Shown here: one piece after another, positions 1 to 9,278 of the stretch
Layout of the letters: every line of letters begins with the position of its first letter
Position numbering within the stretch: the stretch's first letter is position 1
Source: an uncultured Solirubrobacteraceae bacterium
GTDB lineage: Bacteria > Actinomycetota > Thermoleophilia > Solirubrobacterales > Solirubrobacteraceae
DNA: 64,000 bases
NCBI GenBank assembly: GCA_964588985.1
Contig: CAZPQW010000018.1
Coordinates: forward strand, 1 to 64,000
Direction of reading: 5' to 3'
Notes under the pieces: model-generated
Seen by the model: only the letters and a program-made list of their open reading frames with translations
What the model was told of the DNA's origin: nothing
Databases searched by the model: none
Translations under genes and position numbers: made by a program

Positions 1-2
1 GC

Positions 3-851
3 AAGCCGATCTTCGGCTACCGCATGATGGCCTTCTCGCTGCTGGCGATCGTCGGACTCGGCTTCACGGTGTGGGCGCACCACATGTTCACCTCGGGCAT
101 GCCCGGCTGGATCCGCATCCCGATGGAGATCACGACCGCGATCATCGCGATCCCGACCGGCATCAAGGTCTTCTCGTGGCTTGCGACGCTGTGGCGCGGC
201 GTGCTGCACATCGACACGGCGATGCTGTTCGCGCTCGGCTTCATCACGACGTTCACGCTCGGCGGGATCAGCGGGATCATGCTCGCGATGGTGCCGTTCG
301 ACATCCACGTGAGCGCGACCTACTTCATCGTCGCGCACATCCACTACGTGCTGTTCGGCGGCTCGCTGATGACGATCTTCGCGGGCGTGTACTACTGGTT
401 CCCGAAGATGACGGGGCGGATGTACGACGAGCGCCTCGGCAAGTGGCACTTCTGGACGACGTTCGTGTTCATGAACCTGACGTTCGCGCCGATGCACATC
501 CTCGGCCTGCAGGGCATGCCGCGACGGGTGGCCACGTACGCGTCGCAGTTCGCGGGCATGAACCTGTTCATCTCGATCGCGAGCTTCGCGCTCGGGCTGA
601 GCACGCTGGTGTTCGTCTACAACATGGTCACCAGCTGGCGCGGCGGCCCGCGCGCTTCGGCCAACCCCTGGCGCGGCATGACGCTCGAGTGGCAGGTCTC
701 CTCGCCGCCGCCGATCTTCAACTTCGACCGGGTACCGACCGTCGTGGGCGGCCCTTACGAGTACGGCGTTCCCGGCGCGGTGCACGGCATCTTCGCCCCC
801 GCCCCGGCAGCCGCCGCGGGATCCGGCGTCCTACAGGCCCCCAGCCAATGA
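3..851 (+). CDS. ctaD: Cytochrome c oxidase subunit I, 3' part (5'-truncated by window edge)
   Basis: WAHHMF (CuB ligands), VAHIHYV (heme ligands), GMPRR; frame is open from position 3. Confidence 0.95.
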   Translation, partial: KPIFGYRMMAFSLLAIVGLGFTVWAHHMFTSGMPGWIRIPMEITTAIIAIPTGIKVFSWLATLWRGVLHIDTAMLFALGFITTFTLGGISGIMLAMVPFDIHVSATYFIVAHIHYVLFGGSLMTIFAGVYYWFPKMTGRMYDERLGKWHFWTTFVFMNLTFAPMHILGLQGMPRRVATYASQFAGMNLFISIASFALGLSTLVFVYNMVTSWRGGPRASANPWRGMTLEWQVSSPPPIFNFDRVPTVVGGPYEYGVPGAVHGIFAPAPAAAAGSGVLQAPSQ

Positions 852-867
852 CGAGGAGGCAGAGGCG

Positions 868-1713
868 ATGAAGGAAGTCCTCGTTGTGGCCAACCGCACG
901 CTCGGCGGCGCGAAGCTGCTCGACGCGGTGCGCGAGCGCGTAGCCGCCGGCGAGCCGGTCCGCTTCCGCCTGGTGGTGCCCCAGAGCAAGCCGTCCGCCG
1001 GCCTCGTGATCTACGACGAGGCGGTGCGCGAATCCGCTCAGGTTCGCGTCGACCTCGCGCTGTCCGCGGTCGCCGCCGAGGGGATCGAGGCCACGGGCGA
1101 AGTCGGCGACGCCGACCCGTTCCTCGCCACGATGGACGCCGTCGCAGAGCGGCGCCCCGACGAGATCATCATCTCCACCCACCCGGCGATGCACTCCGGC
1201 TGGCTGCGCCGCGACCTGCTTGAGCGCCTCCAGAACGCGACGGGGCTCCCCGTCGAGCACATCGTCACCGACCTCGCGCACGAAGCGCTCCCCTTCAACG
1301 TGACGCTCGTGCTCGCCAACAAGACCTCGACCGGCGAGGAACTGCTCGAGCACCTGAAGACGAAAGCCGCCGACGGTCGCCGCCACCTGTTCATCGCCGT
1401 CGTTCCCCAGCTCGACGGCAGCGGCCACTCCCCCGCCGAGGCGCGCTCGCGGCTGGCGACAATGCTCGACCGTCTGGGCTCGAGCGACCTGCTCAGCTCG
1501 GGGATGATCGGCGATCCCGACCCCTACACCGCGGCGATCAACGCGCTGGAGCTGTTCAGGGTCGACGACATCGTCATCTCTACGCTCCCCGGCGAGCGCT
1601 CCGGCTGGCTGCGCTCCAACCTGATCGAGCGCGTTCGCGCCGCCACCTCCGCCCCTGTGGAGCACGTGGTCGTCGACACGCAGGCCACCTCGACCGCGGC
1701 TCCGGCCGCTTAG
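868..1713 (+). CDS. Tandem two-domain universal-stress-protein-like protein
   Basis: Two internal repeats, each VLV(V/L)AN.T...G.(V/I)GD.DP..A...D(E/D)I(I/V)IST.P...SGWLR..L.ER; purine-rich RBS upstream. Confidence 0.7.
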   Translation: MKEVLVVANRTLGGAKLLDAVRERVAAGEPVRFRLVVPQSKPSAGLVIYDEAVRESAQVRVDLALSAVAAEGIEATGEVGDADPFLATMDAVAERRPDEIIISTHPAMHSGWLRRDLLERLQNATGLPVEHIVTDLAHEALPFNVTLVLANKTSTGEELLEHLKTKAADGRRHLFIAVVPQLDGSGHSPAEARSRLATMLDRLGSSDLLSSGMIGDPDPYTAAINALELFRVDDIVISTLPGERSGWLRSNLIERVRAATSAPVEHVVVDTQATSTAAPAA

Positions 1714-1722
1714 CGAGGAACT

Positions 1723-2331
1723 GTGGAGGCCGCCAGCATCGCGCACGGAGCGCACGACCACCACGGTCCGCCGCCTGCGAACAAGAGCTCGAGGGTCGAG
1801 CCGCCGCTGCTGGGGATGCTGCTTTTCATCATCTCCGAGGTGATGGTCTTCGGCGCGTTCTTCACCGCGTACTTCTTCATCCGGATCGCCAACGGCGACC
1901 CGTGGCCCGCGCACGGCACCACCCTGCCGGTGGGCGTCGCTGGCATGAACACGGCGATCCTGATCTCCTCCTCGTTCACGATCCACTGGGCTGAGCAGGC
2001 GATCAAGAAAGGCAACCACTTCGGCCTCAAGGCCGGGATGCTCGTCACGTTCCTGCTCGGCTGCTCGTTCCTGTTCATCCAGATCAACGAGTACGCCAAC
2101 ATCGGCTTCGCGCCTCAGGACGCGGCCCAGCAGACGATCTTCTACTCGCTAACCGGTCTGCACGGCGCCCACGTGTTCATCGGGCTGCTGCTGCTGCTGT
2201 TCGTGACGATCCGCGCCTTCCGCGGCCACTACAGCCCCGAGGAGCACCGCGGCGTGGAGGTGCCGGGCATCTACTGGCACTTCGTCGACATCATGTGGAT
2301 CGTCGTGTATACGACGGTCTATGTGCTCTAA
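1723..2331 (+). CDS. ctaE: Cytochrome c oxidase subunit III
   Basis: FIISEVMVF, TGLHGAHV, YWHFVD motifs. Confidence 0.93.
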   Translation: MEAASIAHGAHDHHGPPPANKSSRVEPPLLGMLLFIISEVMVFGAFFTAYFFIRIANGDPWPAHGTTLPVGVAGMNTAILISSSFTIHWAEQAIKKGNHFGLKAGMLVTFLLGCSFLFIQINEYANIGFAPQDAAQQTIFYSLTGLHGAHVFIGLLLLLFVTIRAFRGHYSPEEHRGVEVPGIYWHFVDIMWIVVYTTVYVL

Positions 2332-2349
2332 GCAGCCATCCTCGGAGGC

Positions 2350-2466
2350 ATGGTCGTGCTGAACCCCCTGCGCTCCGAGGACGAGGCGTTTCGTCTGCTG
2401 CTGTATGCGATCGCCGTGTTCGTGGTGATCATCGCGATCGTCCTGATCGCACGCGCCGTACTCTGA
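2350..2466 (+). CDS. Small single-TM membrane protein (36-38 aa, not in the ORF track)
   Basis: GGAGG at 2344-2348; ATG 2350 or GTG 2356; MVVLNPLRSEDEAFRLLLYAIAVFVVIIAIVLIARAVL, TGA 2464-2466; GC3-rich codons. Confidence 0.65.
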   Translation: MVVLNPLRSEDEAFRLLLYAIAVFVVIIAIVLIARAVL

Positions 2467-2553
2467 CATGCCGTGGTGTTCGTCGTGCGGCCTGCAGCGA
2501 CCGCGCATTCGGTGACGGGCACGGTGCACAGCCTGCGCTGAGCACGGTTAGCC

Positions 2554-3273
2554 TCACCGCGCGAGCACTGGATCGGCGAGGATGAAGACATCCTGATCGT
2601 CCGGCTCCGTCGAGCTCTTCGTCCAGACGAACACCAGATCGGTGGCGCCCTGAAGGCCGAAGTCCATCTTGCGGACAACGCTGGGGCCATGAAACGTCGC
2701 GGAGTAGAGCACGACGGAGTTGGGTGAGCTGTCGTTGTTCTTGTAGACGGTCAGCTTGTAGAACGCTTCCGCATTGGTGATCGTCTCCAGACCGACCGCC
2801 TTCGAGGTGAGCCGCTTGAAGCCAGGAGTCGGCATTTGAAAGGTGGCGCGGTTGCCGCAGCAGCGACTTATGTTGAAGGCGACCGCCTGCTGGTACGTCT
2901 GTCCCTGGAGTTCCTCCTTGCCGGCTTCGCTGGAGAGCTGCACTTCGCTGGCGTCCGCGTCCAGCTTTTCGGCGCCTTGACCAGCGAGATATTCCGCCAG
3001 GTACTGCTGTCCTTCGCCAGGGGTTTCGGCCACTGGCGAGGTGGTGGAGGACGTGCTAGCGGTTCCGGTGGAGGGTATGCTCGACGTCGACGACGTGCTC
3101 GAGCCGGTCGTGGTGGGGGTCGTTGTCGCACCTGCGTTGGAAATCGTGGGACTCGTCTGTGTGACCGTGACGGTATGCGTCTTCGTGCTGGCTTTGTTAC
3201 CGACAGCCGCACCCACCGCGACGCCGCAGATTGCAACCAGCACGGCCCCGAACAAGCTTGACTTCCAATTCAC
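2554..3273 (-). CDS. Secreted/anchored protein with Ser/Thr-rich linker and C-terminal beta-rich (possibly NPCBM-like) domain
   Basis: GTG 3273 after GGAGG, GTGA overlap with kinase stop; signal-like N-terminus, T/S linker; domain identity is a guess. Confidence 0.6.
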   Translation of the reverse strand: MNWKSSLFGAVLVAICGVAVGAAVGNKASTKTHTVTVTQTSPTISNAGATTTPTTTGSSTSSTSSIPSTGTASTSSTTSPVAETPGEGQQYLAEYLAGQGAEKLDADASEVQLSSEAGKEELQGQTYQQAVAFNISRCCGNRATFQMPTPGFKRLTSKAVGLETITNAEAFYKLTVYKNNDSSPNSVVLYSATFHGPSVVRKMDFGLQGATDLVFVWTKSSTEPDDQDVFILADPVLAR

Positions 3274-4271
3274 AAGTGCCTCCCGAGTAGATAGGCGCCC
3301 GCCCATATCGGGGCGTAGGCGATAGCGGTGTACAACGATGCGCGAAGCGTTCGCCGCATCCGTCCGGCGCGCGTACCAGCTCCACTTGGCGCGGCGTCTG
3401 CGAGCTGTGTCCCGCCGGTGTCGAGGTGCAGTTGGCTGGCGGCCCAGCGCATGAGCGCTCCCGCGGACGGGGCGCGCTCGTCGGGGTTCTTGGCCATCGC
3501 GCGAGCAACCACCACGTCGAGCGCGCCGGGCAGACCCTTCACCCTCTTGCTCGGCGCCGGTACCGGCGCGTTCGCGTGCGCCATCAAGGTCGCGTCCCGC
3601 GTGTCGCGCTTGTAAGGCGGCTCCGCGGTGAGGCAGCGGTAGACCACACAGCCAAACGCGTAGACGTCCGCGCGGCCATCCACCGGGGCGCCGTTGATCT
3701 GCTCCGGCGCCATGTAGTCCGCCGTCCCGAGCATCTCTCCCGGCAGCGTGTGTTCGTCATCGTCCTCGCTGGGCTTTGCCAGGCCGAAATCCGCGAGGAA
3801 GGCGTGCCAGCGACCGTCGCGGGCTTCCAGCAGAATGTTGGCCGGCTTGACGTCGCGGTGAACCAGGCCGCGCTGATGTGCCGCATCGAGAGCGTCTCCT
3901 ATCTGGCCCATGATCGTCACCGTCTCATTGGCGTCCAGTGGGCCGCGCTCCTTCAACAGGCTCTTGAGGTCGGGGCCGTCGACGAACCGCATCGCCAGGA
4001 ACAGCGAGCCGTCGTCGAGCTCACCCGCCTCGTAGACGGGCAGGATGTGCGGATGCTCGATCGCAGCGCCCGAGCGTGCCTCGCGACGAAACCGCTCCCG
4101 GAAGCGTTCGTCCTCGCCAAGCCGTCGCGAGATGAACTTCAGCGCGACACGACGATCGAGCGAGAGCTGCACGGCCTCGTAGACGGCCCCCATCCCACCC
4201 TGATCGATGAAGCGGGTGATGCGGTACCCGGCTAGCTCCGTGCCGGGCTGCAAAGCGCCGTGTTCGTTCAT
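3270..4271 (-). CDS. Hanks-type Ser/Thr protein kinase with C-terminal TM
   Basis: GGMGAVY, VALK, HRDVKPANIL, DFG, YMAPE, DVYAFG. Confidence 0.95.
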   Translation of the reverse strand: MNEHGALQPGTELAGYRITRFIDQGGMGAVYEAVQLSLDRRVALKFISRRLGEDERFRERFRREARSGAAIEHPHILPVYEAGELDDGSLFLAMRFVDGPDLKSLLKERGPLDANETVTIMGQIGDALDAAHQRGLVHRDVKPANILLEARDGRWHAFLADFGLAKPSEDDDEHTLPGEMLGTADYMAPEQINGAPVDGRADVYAFGCVVYRCLTAEPPYKRDTRDATLMAHANAPVPAPSKRVKGLPGALDVVVARAMAKNPDERAPSAGALMRWAASQLHLDTGGTQLADAAPSGAGTRAGRMRRTLRASLYTAIAYAPIWAGAYLLGRHL

Positions 4272-5704
4272 TGACCCCCCATATTGCTCGTGGCCGCTGC
4301 GGTATCGACAGCCGATCCCACCTTGACTTCCTTGGACCCGCGACTGTGCTGTCCCTGCATGCCCACCAGCCCGCCGAGCGCGCCGATGGCAAGCCCGCCG
4401 AGCAGGAACGACCAGAACACGCTGTTGCCGTCAGCACGCCCGAACAGGGCCTTGGAGAACAGCGCGTTGAGGAGCACCATCGCAAGCGCCCATGCCGGGC
4501 CCACCAACGATCCCCACGCAGCGGCCGCCCACAGCGTCGCAGGCAGACGCGATTGCGCCAGCGTGGCGCCCGCGGCGAACGCCAGCGCGAGGCCGCTCCC
4601 GAGGAGAAACATGACGAGCGGGATGAAGGTGTACGCCGGAAGCACGTGGATGAAACCGAACAGCCGGTAGCGCGCTTCGCCGTTTACCTTGAGCTTCGAG
4701 AGATCGCCGACCGGTACCGGCGTTTCGACCGAGGCGAGCGTAGCTCCCGTCGACTCGAACTGCGCGAGGCCAGCCAGCTCCGTCCAATCCAGCCCGTGCT
4801 CGATCGCGTAGGCGGCATTGTCGACCGTCGCCACCGGCGTGGAGTTACCTCGCCGGACGTCGGCCTTCAGAAAGCTCTCCACCGTCCAGACGCCCGTAGA
4901 AGCGACAACCATGACCACGAGCAGAGCGGCCAACGGCCGCAGCGCGAGATACGCGGCGCCGATGGACACGCGGATCGTGGGCGGAACGAGCCCAGGGATG
5001 AACCCCGGCGTCAGGACGGTACGCACGACGTAGTAGGTCCCGAGCAGCCCACCCAGCGCGCCCCACAGCGCCCCCAGGATCACCGCGACGAGCGCATTCG
5101 GTTCGCTCCCCCCGGGAACACCCCCGAGCGGACCCGCACCGAGCGCCGGAACCAGCATCAGCAGGCCGAACACGACACCGACACCGGCGCCGCTGAGCAG
5201 GCGCGCAGACGGAGTGAGACCCAGCGTGCGGCGGGCCTGCGTGGCGGCCGCACACGCACATGTTCCGATCGGGAACACGACGAACAGCGCCGGCCCGAGC
5301 CTGCCCACCCCGTCGCCGTAACCCGCCTGCAGGAAATTGACCATCTGGGCGAAGCCACCGCTGATCACCCCCCTGCCTTCGTCCACCGCTCCGATCAGCG
5401 TGTGATCGGGGAGCGCCAGGCCGAGCACGATGCCGATCGCGAACATGCCAGCGGCCGCGAGCGCGCCGGCTGCGAGCGCGAGCGTGACGGCCGGCGCACG
5501 CAACTGGACCGAGAGTTGGGAGGCGAGCTCAGCGGCGCCGGGCGCTGGAACCTGCACACGCCCCTGGGCCTGGCCGACGATCGTCGAGACCACCGACTTC
5601 CGCGAGGACGCCGCGCGCGCCAATCTCACTCCACAGTGTTCGCAGTAGTTGGAGTCGGCCGGGATCGGCTCACCGCAGGCGTGACAAAAGATGGTGTCAG
5701 CCAT
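4268..5704 (-). CDS. Zinc-ribbon multi-pass membrane protein
   Basis: Start at MADTIFCHACG..YCEHCG; about 9-10 hydrophobic segments; ATGA overlap with kinase. Confidence 0.75.
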   Translation of the reverse strand: MADTIFCHACGEPIPADSNYCEHCGVRLARAASSRKSVVSTIVGQAQGRVQVPAPGAAELASQLSVQLRAPAVTLALAAGALAAAGMFAIGIVLGLALPDHTLIGAVDEGRGVISGGFAQMVNFLQAGYGDGVGRLGPALFVVFPIGTCACAAATQARRTLGLTPSARLLSGAGVGVVFGLLMLVPALGAGPLGGVPGGSEPNALVAVILGALWGALGGLLGTYYVVRTVLTPGFIPGLVPPTIRVSIGAAYLALRPLAALLVVMVVASTGVWTVESFLKADVRRGNSTPVATVDNAAYAIEHGLDWTELAGLAQFESTGATLASVETPVPVGDLSKLKVNGEARYRLFGFIHVLPAYTFIPLVMFLLGSGLALAFAAGATLAQSRLPATLWAAAAWGSLVGPAWALAMVLLNALFSKALFGRADGNSVFWSFLLGGLAIGALGGLVGMQGQHSRGSKEVKVGSAVDTAAATSNMGGQ

Positions 5705-6062
5705 CGTCTCGCTCGCTCGAGACGACCAGCTGAGCACACGCGCTGCACAGCGCCTCGACTCCGCTGGCTGTCTGGCCACAGATTTCGCAGACCCCGTCGG
5801 TCGTGAACTCGGTCGCCGACGTCGCGGTGCGGGTACCTCCACCCTCTGCGGACCCCGCGTCGACCGGCACCCCGGGACGGCCTGCGACGTAGGAGAGCGT
5901 CACACTGTCCTCGTACGCCTCGACCTGCACGCCCGGCTTGCCGCCGGGAGGTACCTCACCGCTCGCCGCAGACGCCCCCTCGACCGCAAGACGGTGACCG
6001 CACATCCGGCAGAATTTTGCGGTGGCGTTGACGTGTTGCGCGCAGGCCGGGCACGAACTCAT
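5697..6062 (-). CDS. Small double zinc-ribbon protein
   Basis: CPAC..FCRMCG and CEICG..CSAC; ATG 6062 overlaps the FHA gene stop (ATGA). Confidence 0.7.
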   Translation of the reverse strand: MSSCPACAQHVNATAKFCRMCGHRLAVEGASAASGEVPPGGKPGVQVEAYEDSVTLSYVAGRPGVPVDAGSAEGGGTRTATSATEFTTDGVCEICGQTASGVEALCSACAQLVVSSERDDG

Positions 6063-6721
6063 CCGAGATCGGACTCCGCGATCAGACCCCACTGCAATGC
6101 GCACTCCACGAGCCGCACACGCCTATGGGAGCTGGTCGGCTCGGCTATCTCGAAGCGCTGGCAGAGAACATCCAGATGCCCCTTCACAGCATCCAGGCTG
6201 AGACGCACCTCTCTGGCGATCGCGCCGTTGCTCGCGGGAGCCGCAACCGTTGTGCCACGCCTGTACGGTCGCGCCAGCGCGATCAGCACCGCTCGCTGGG
6301 CGTCCGTCAGCGCGTGCGTGTCGGCCAATGACGAACTCGACCTTGTCGGTATCGATCCCCCACTTCGTGACGGGCGGCGATACGTCATCTCCGTCGCGCC
6401 GAAGCGCATGTTGTCGCCATCGGCTAGACGTCGGCTCACGATCTTCTCACCGTTCACAAAGGTCCCATTGCGGGAGATGCCGTCGTCGAGCAGCGCCCAG
6501 TCGCCGGCGATCGGCTCGAGCGCAGCGTGCACCCTTGAAACCAGATCGTCGTCGAGCACCACGTTGCAGGAAGGACGACGGCCGATGGTCAAGCGCCCAT
6601 CGGCGCCCAACACGAAGATGCGTTGAGCCCTCTCGTGGTCTCGCCACACGAGGAACGGAAAGCCTGCTGCCAGGGCGTCGCCAAGGCGCATCTCATCTTC
6701 CGCCAGGCTCGAATCCGGCAT
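6059..6721 (-). CDS. FHA domain protein with C-terminal HTH-like region
   Basis: IGR..., VSRVHA, SRNGTFVNG FHA motifs; C-terminal LTDAQRAVL..SNGAIAREVRLSLDAVKGHL resembles LuxR-type HTH; start uncertain. Confidence 0.85.
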   Translation of the reverse strand: MPDSSLAEDEMRLGDALAAGFPFLVWRDHERAQRIFVLGADGRLTIGRRPSCNVVLDDDLVSRVHAALEPIAGDWALLDDGISRNGTFVNGEKIVSRRLADGDNMRFGATEMTYRRPSRSGGSIPTRSSSSLADTHALTDAQRAVLIALARPYRRGTTVAAPASNGAIAREVRLSLDAVKGHLDVLCQRFEIAEPTSSHRRVRLVECALQWGLIAESDLG

Positions 6722-6902
6722 TCGCTGCGTGGCGGTAGGCGCGTCAACGCCCTCGGGACGGTGAAGTACGGAAGGACGCCTCGGCACGGCGGTGGATCCT
6801 AACGGACGCGCTGTTCGCGTAACTTGACGACTAGCTCCGTCCCGCGGAATGTGCGCGTGACACAACAGTTCGATTCGCCGGATCACTAGGCTGTGGTACC
6901 TC

Positions 6903-7556
6903 GTGGCCGCCATTGTGGCACTACATCTTCAGGACACCGTCGACCCGACGGCGATCGCCACACTGCTGCTCGCGGTTGTGACCGTCGCCCTGGCGTGGTC
7001 CGCTTGGCGCACACTGCAAATCTCCCAACTGGAGATCGGGGTGTTGCGAGAACAGGGTAGGGAGTTGCGGGCACAGGGCGTGCGCGCGCATCGTCCGGTG
7101 ATCATCCCCATCTTCGATCACGGTCGTATGGACCTCGGCCCGCTCGGGACGACCGAGCGGATGCCAAAGCTCACCAACGGGACGACTCTCGTCGTCCCGA
7201 CGGAAAATATCGGCGCGGGCCCTGCTCTCTATCTGCGCGCGACGGCGGAGTTGCGACCGCAGGCCCATACGCCGCGCGACGCGGCGGCGCGCAGCAGGCC
7301 AACCGAGTTGATCGGTGTTGCGAAGACCTCGCCTGCACTACTCGAGCTCACCGTGGAACACTGGCCGGCAGACGCCGACTTCGATCTGCACATCGAGTAC
7401 GAGGACGTGGCCGAGGGGTCTTGGCAAACAGTGGGTACGTGGGACGCCGGGACAAGGCGATGGGCGCTGGTAGATGTCAAAGAAGTCGTGCGAGGCGACT
7501 CGCGGAGGCTCAGCACCGCGATCGCAGATGCCCAAAGACCCGCTGGACATACTTAA
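6903..7556 (+). CDS. Hypothetical protein with N-terminal TM helix
   Basis: 217-aa ORF, hydrophobic residues ~15-35, no recognised motif. Confidence 0.55.
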   Translation: MAAIVALHLQDTVDPTAIATLLLAVVTVALAWSAWRTLQISQLEIGVLREQGRELRAQGVRAHRPVIIPIFDHGRMDLGPLGTTERMPKLTNGTTLVVPTENIGAGPALYLRATAELRPQAHTPRDAAARSRPTELIGVAKTSPALLELTVEHWPADADFDLHIEYEDVAEGSWQTVGTWDAGTRRWALVDVKEVVRGDSRRLSTAIADAQRPAGHT

Positions 7557-7860
7557 TCCCGACCAGCTAGAGTCCATTCACCACAGTAGTTGTGCGTAAT
7601 GGAACAAGCATCTGTAACTGTCCACGGGGTGCGGAATTGCTCAGAAGTCAAGCTCGGCAATAGTGCCGAGGGCAAGATTCGCAGCTCGGCTTTGATCCTC
7701 AGCCCCTTTACACCATGACACTCGCGAAGCACATTGGTGTAAGGAGGCTTGCTTATCCTCCGGCAGCGTCGATCCGCCGGCGGTGCAACACGACACTGGG
7801 CGCAGTCGCACTAGACAACGCCGGCGCCGAGAACATGACCGCTCCACGAGGAGGTTTCGA

Positions 7861-8649
7861 ATGTATTGCATGAACTGCGGCCAGTCGCTTTCGGCGGACG
7901 CTCGCTCCTGCGAGAAGTGCGGCGTCGTGCAGCAGGATGAGGGAGGCCGTCATTTCGGGAACGCGTCCTCGGCGACGGCCCCGCACAGCGTGCGAGGATC
8001 GGCTTTTGGCGGCGTTCAGCTGTCAGGCTTGGAGTTCGACGCCAAGCGTCTGAGCCGCGGTGACATGCTCGCCGGCGGAGCTTCGCTGCTGCTCCTCCTC
8101 TCCCTGTTCCTGCCCTGGTTTCATGTGCAGACCGAATTCGCCGGTATCTCGGTACCGGTCCCCGGACTCACACGCAGCGGGCTCGGTGCGCACGGCTGGC
8201 TGTTCGTCGTCCTACTGAGCTCGCTTGCCGTGGTGGCCTACGTCGCAGCGAGAGCGTTCGCCGTGCAGCTGCCGATAGCCGCCGCTCACGGGAGGGTGCT
8301 CGGTCTCGGCACGGGCATCGGCCTGATCCTCACACTGCTCGGCTTCATCGACAAGCCCGCGGGCTTCGGCTTGTCACTGGGGGCGTTCATCGGGATGCTC
8401 GCTGCTCTCGGGGCAGTGGCCGGAGCGGGTCTCGTGCGCAGCGACGGCGAGCGCGTAGCAGTCTCGACCATGCCTCCTCCCACCATGCCTCCCCCCACCA
8501 CGCCGCCCCCGACCATGCCGGCTCCGTCTGTGGCGCCCGGCGCACACGCCTGCGCCGCCTGCGGGCAGGACAACCCGGCCGGGATGCGCTTTTGCCGAGG
8601 CTGCGGAGACAGTCTGACGGGCGCCTCGCAAACGCCGTCCCCAAGCTAG
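7861..8649 (+). CDS. Membrane protein with N- and C-terminal zinc ribbons
   Basis: GGAGG then ATG 7861; CMNCG..CEKCG, four TM segments, CAACG..FCRGCG. Confidence 0.75.
   Translation: MYCMNCGQSLSADARSCEKCGVVQQDEGGRHFGNASSATAPHSVRGSAFGGVQLSGLEFDAKRLSRGDMLAGGASLLLLLSLFLPWFHVQTEFAGISVPVPGLTRSGLGAHGWLFVVLLSSLAVVAYVAARAFAVQLPIAAAHGRVLGLGTGIGLILTLLGFIDKPAGFGLSLGAFIGMLAALGAVAGAGLVRSDGERVAVSTMPPPTMPPPTTPPPTMPAPSVAPGAHACAACGQDNPAGMRFCRGCGDSLTGASQTPSPS
8467..8520 (+). repeat. Imperfect 15-bp tandem repeat encoding TMPPP units
   Basis: accatgcctcctccc accatgcctcccccc accacgccgcccccg accatgccg. Confidence 0.75.
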
Positions 8650-8701
8650 CCGGCTCGCCGTTCAAAGCAGCGTTCACCGACAAGAGAGAAGGAGCAGATA
8701 G

Positions 8702-9253
8702 ATGGCAGACAGGGCAACATGCGGTCAATGTTGTGCCACGATGGCCGCCGAGGATGCCTTCTGCGGTAGCTGTGGCTCTCCCGTATCCGCAGCAGCACCG
8801 ACGGTGGTTCAGCCGGCCCCGCCGCGGACCCCGGCTCCAAGCCAGCCGGTCGCTCCAGGACCGGCGGCGAGCGTTCCGGCGCCCGGCTGGTACCCGTCTC
8901 CCGACGGAAGCGGCCAGCGCTACTGGGACGGAGGGCAGTGGACGGGTCAGTCGAGCGGCTCGAGCACGGTCACGGTCGAACAGTCCCGTCCCTACCGGGT
9001 GCTTCGCACGGCGCGAGGGCTCTCGCTCCTGTTCGCCTGGCTGACGCTCATCTTCGGCTCGATCGGGATCATCGTCGAGGTCGCGGGAGAGTCTGAAATC
9101 AACGTGGCGTCAGGGCTGTTCTTCCTGCTGCTGATCTTCCAGATCGTGTGGCTCGGCCTCACGTGTGTGCTGCTGTTCTCCTATCCGGTCCTCATCAAGC
9201 TCTCGCTCGACAACGAGCGGGCTATGCGCGGCGCCGTTGGCGGCGCGGCGTGA
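8702..9253 (+). CDS. Zinc-ribbon + DUF2510-type membrane protein
   Basis: CGQC..FCGSCG; PAPGWYPSPDGSGQRYWDGGQWT; two TM helices; AAGGAG RBS. Confidence 0.8.
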   Translation: MADRATCGQCCATMAAEDAFCGSCGSPVSAAAPTVVQPAPPRTPAPSQPVAPGPAASVPAPGWYPSPDGSGQRYWDGGQWTGQSSGSSTVTVEQSRPYRVLRTARGLSLLFAWLTLIFGSIGIIVEVAGESEINVASGLFFLLLIFQIVWLGLTCVLLFSYPVLIKLSLDNERAMRGAVGGAA

Positions 9254-9278
9254 TGACGGCCGCCGGCCGGAGGCATGG

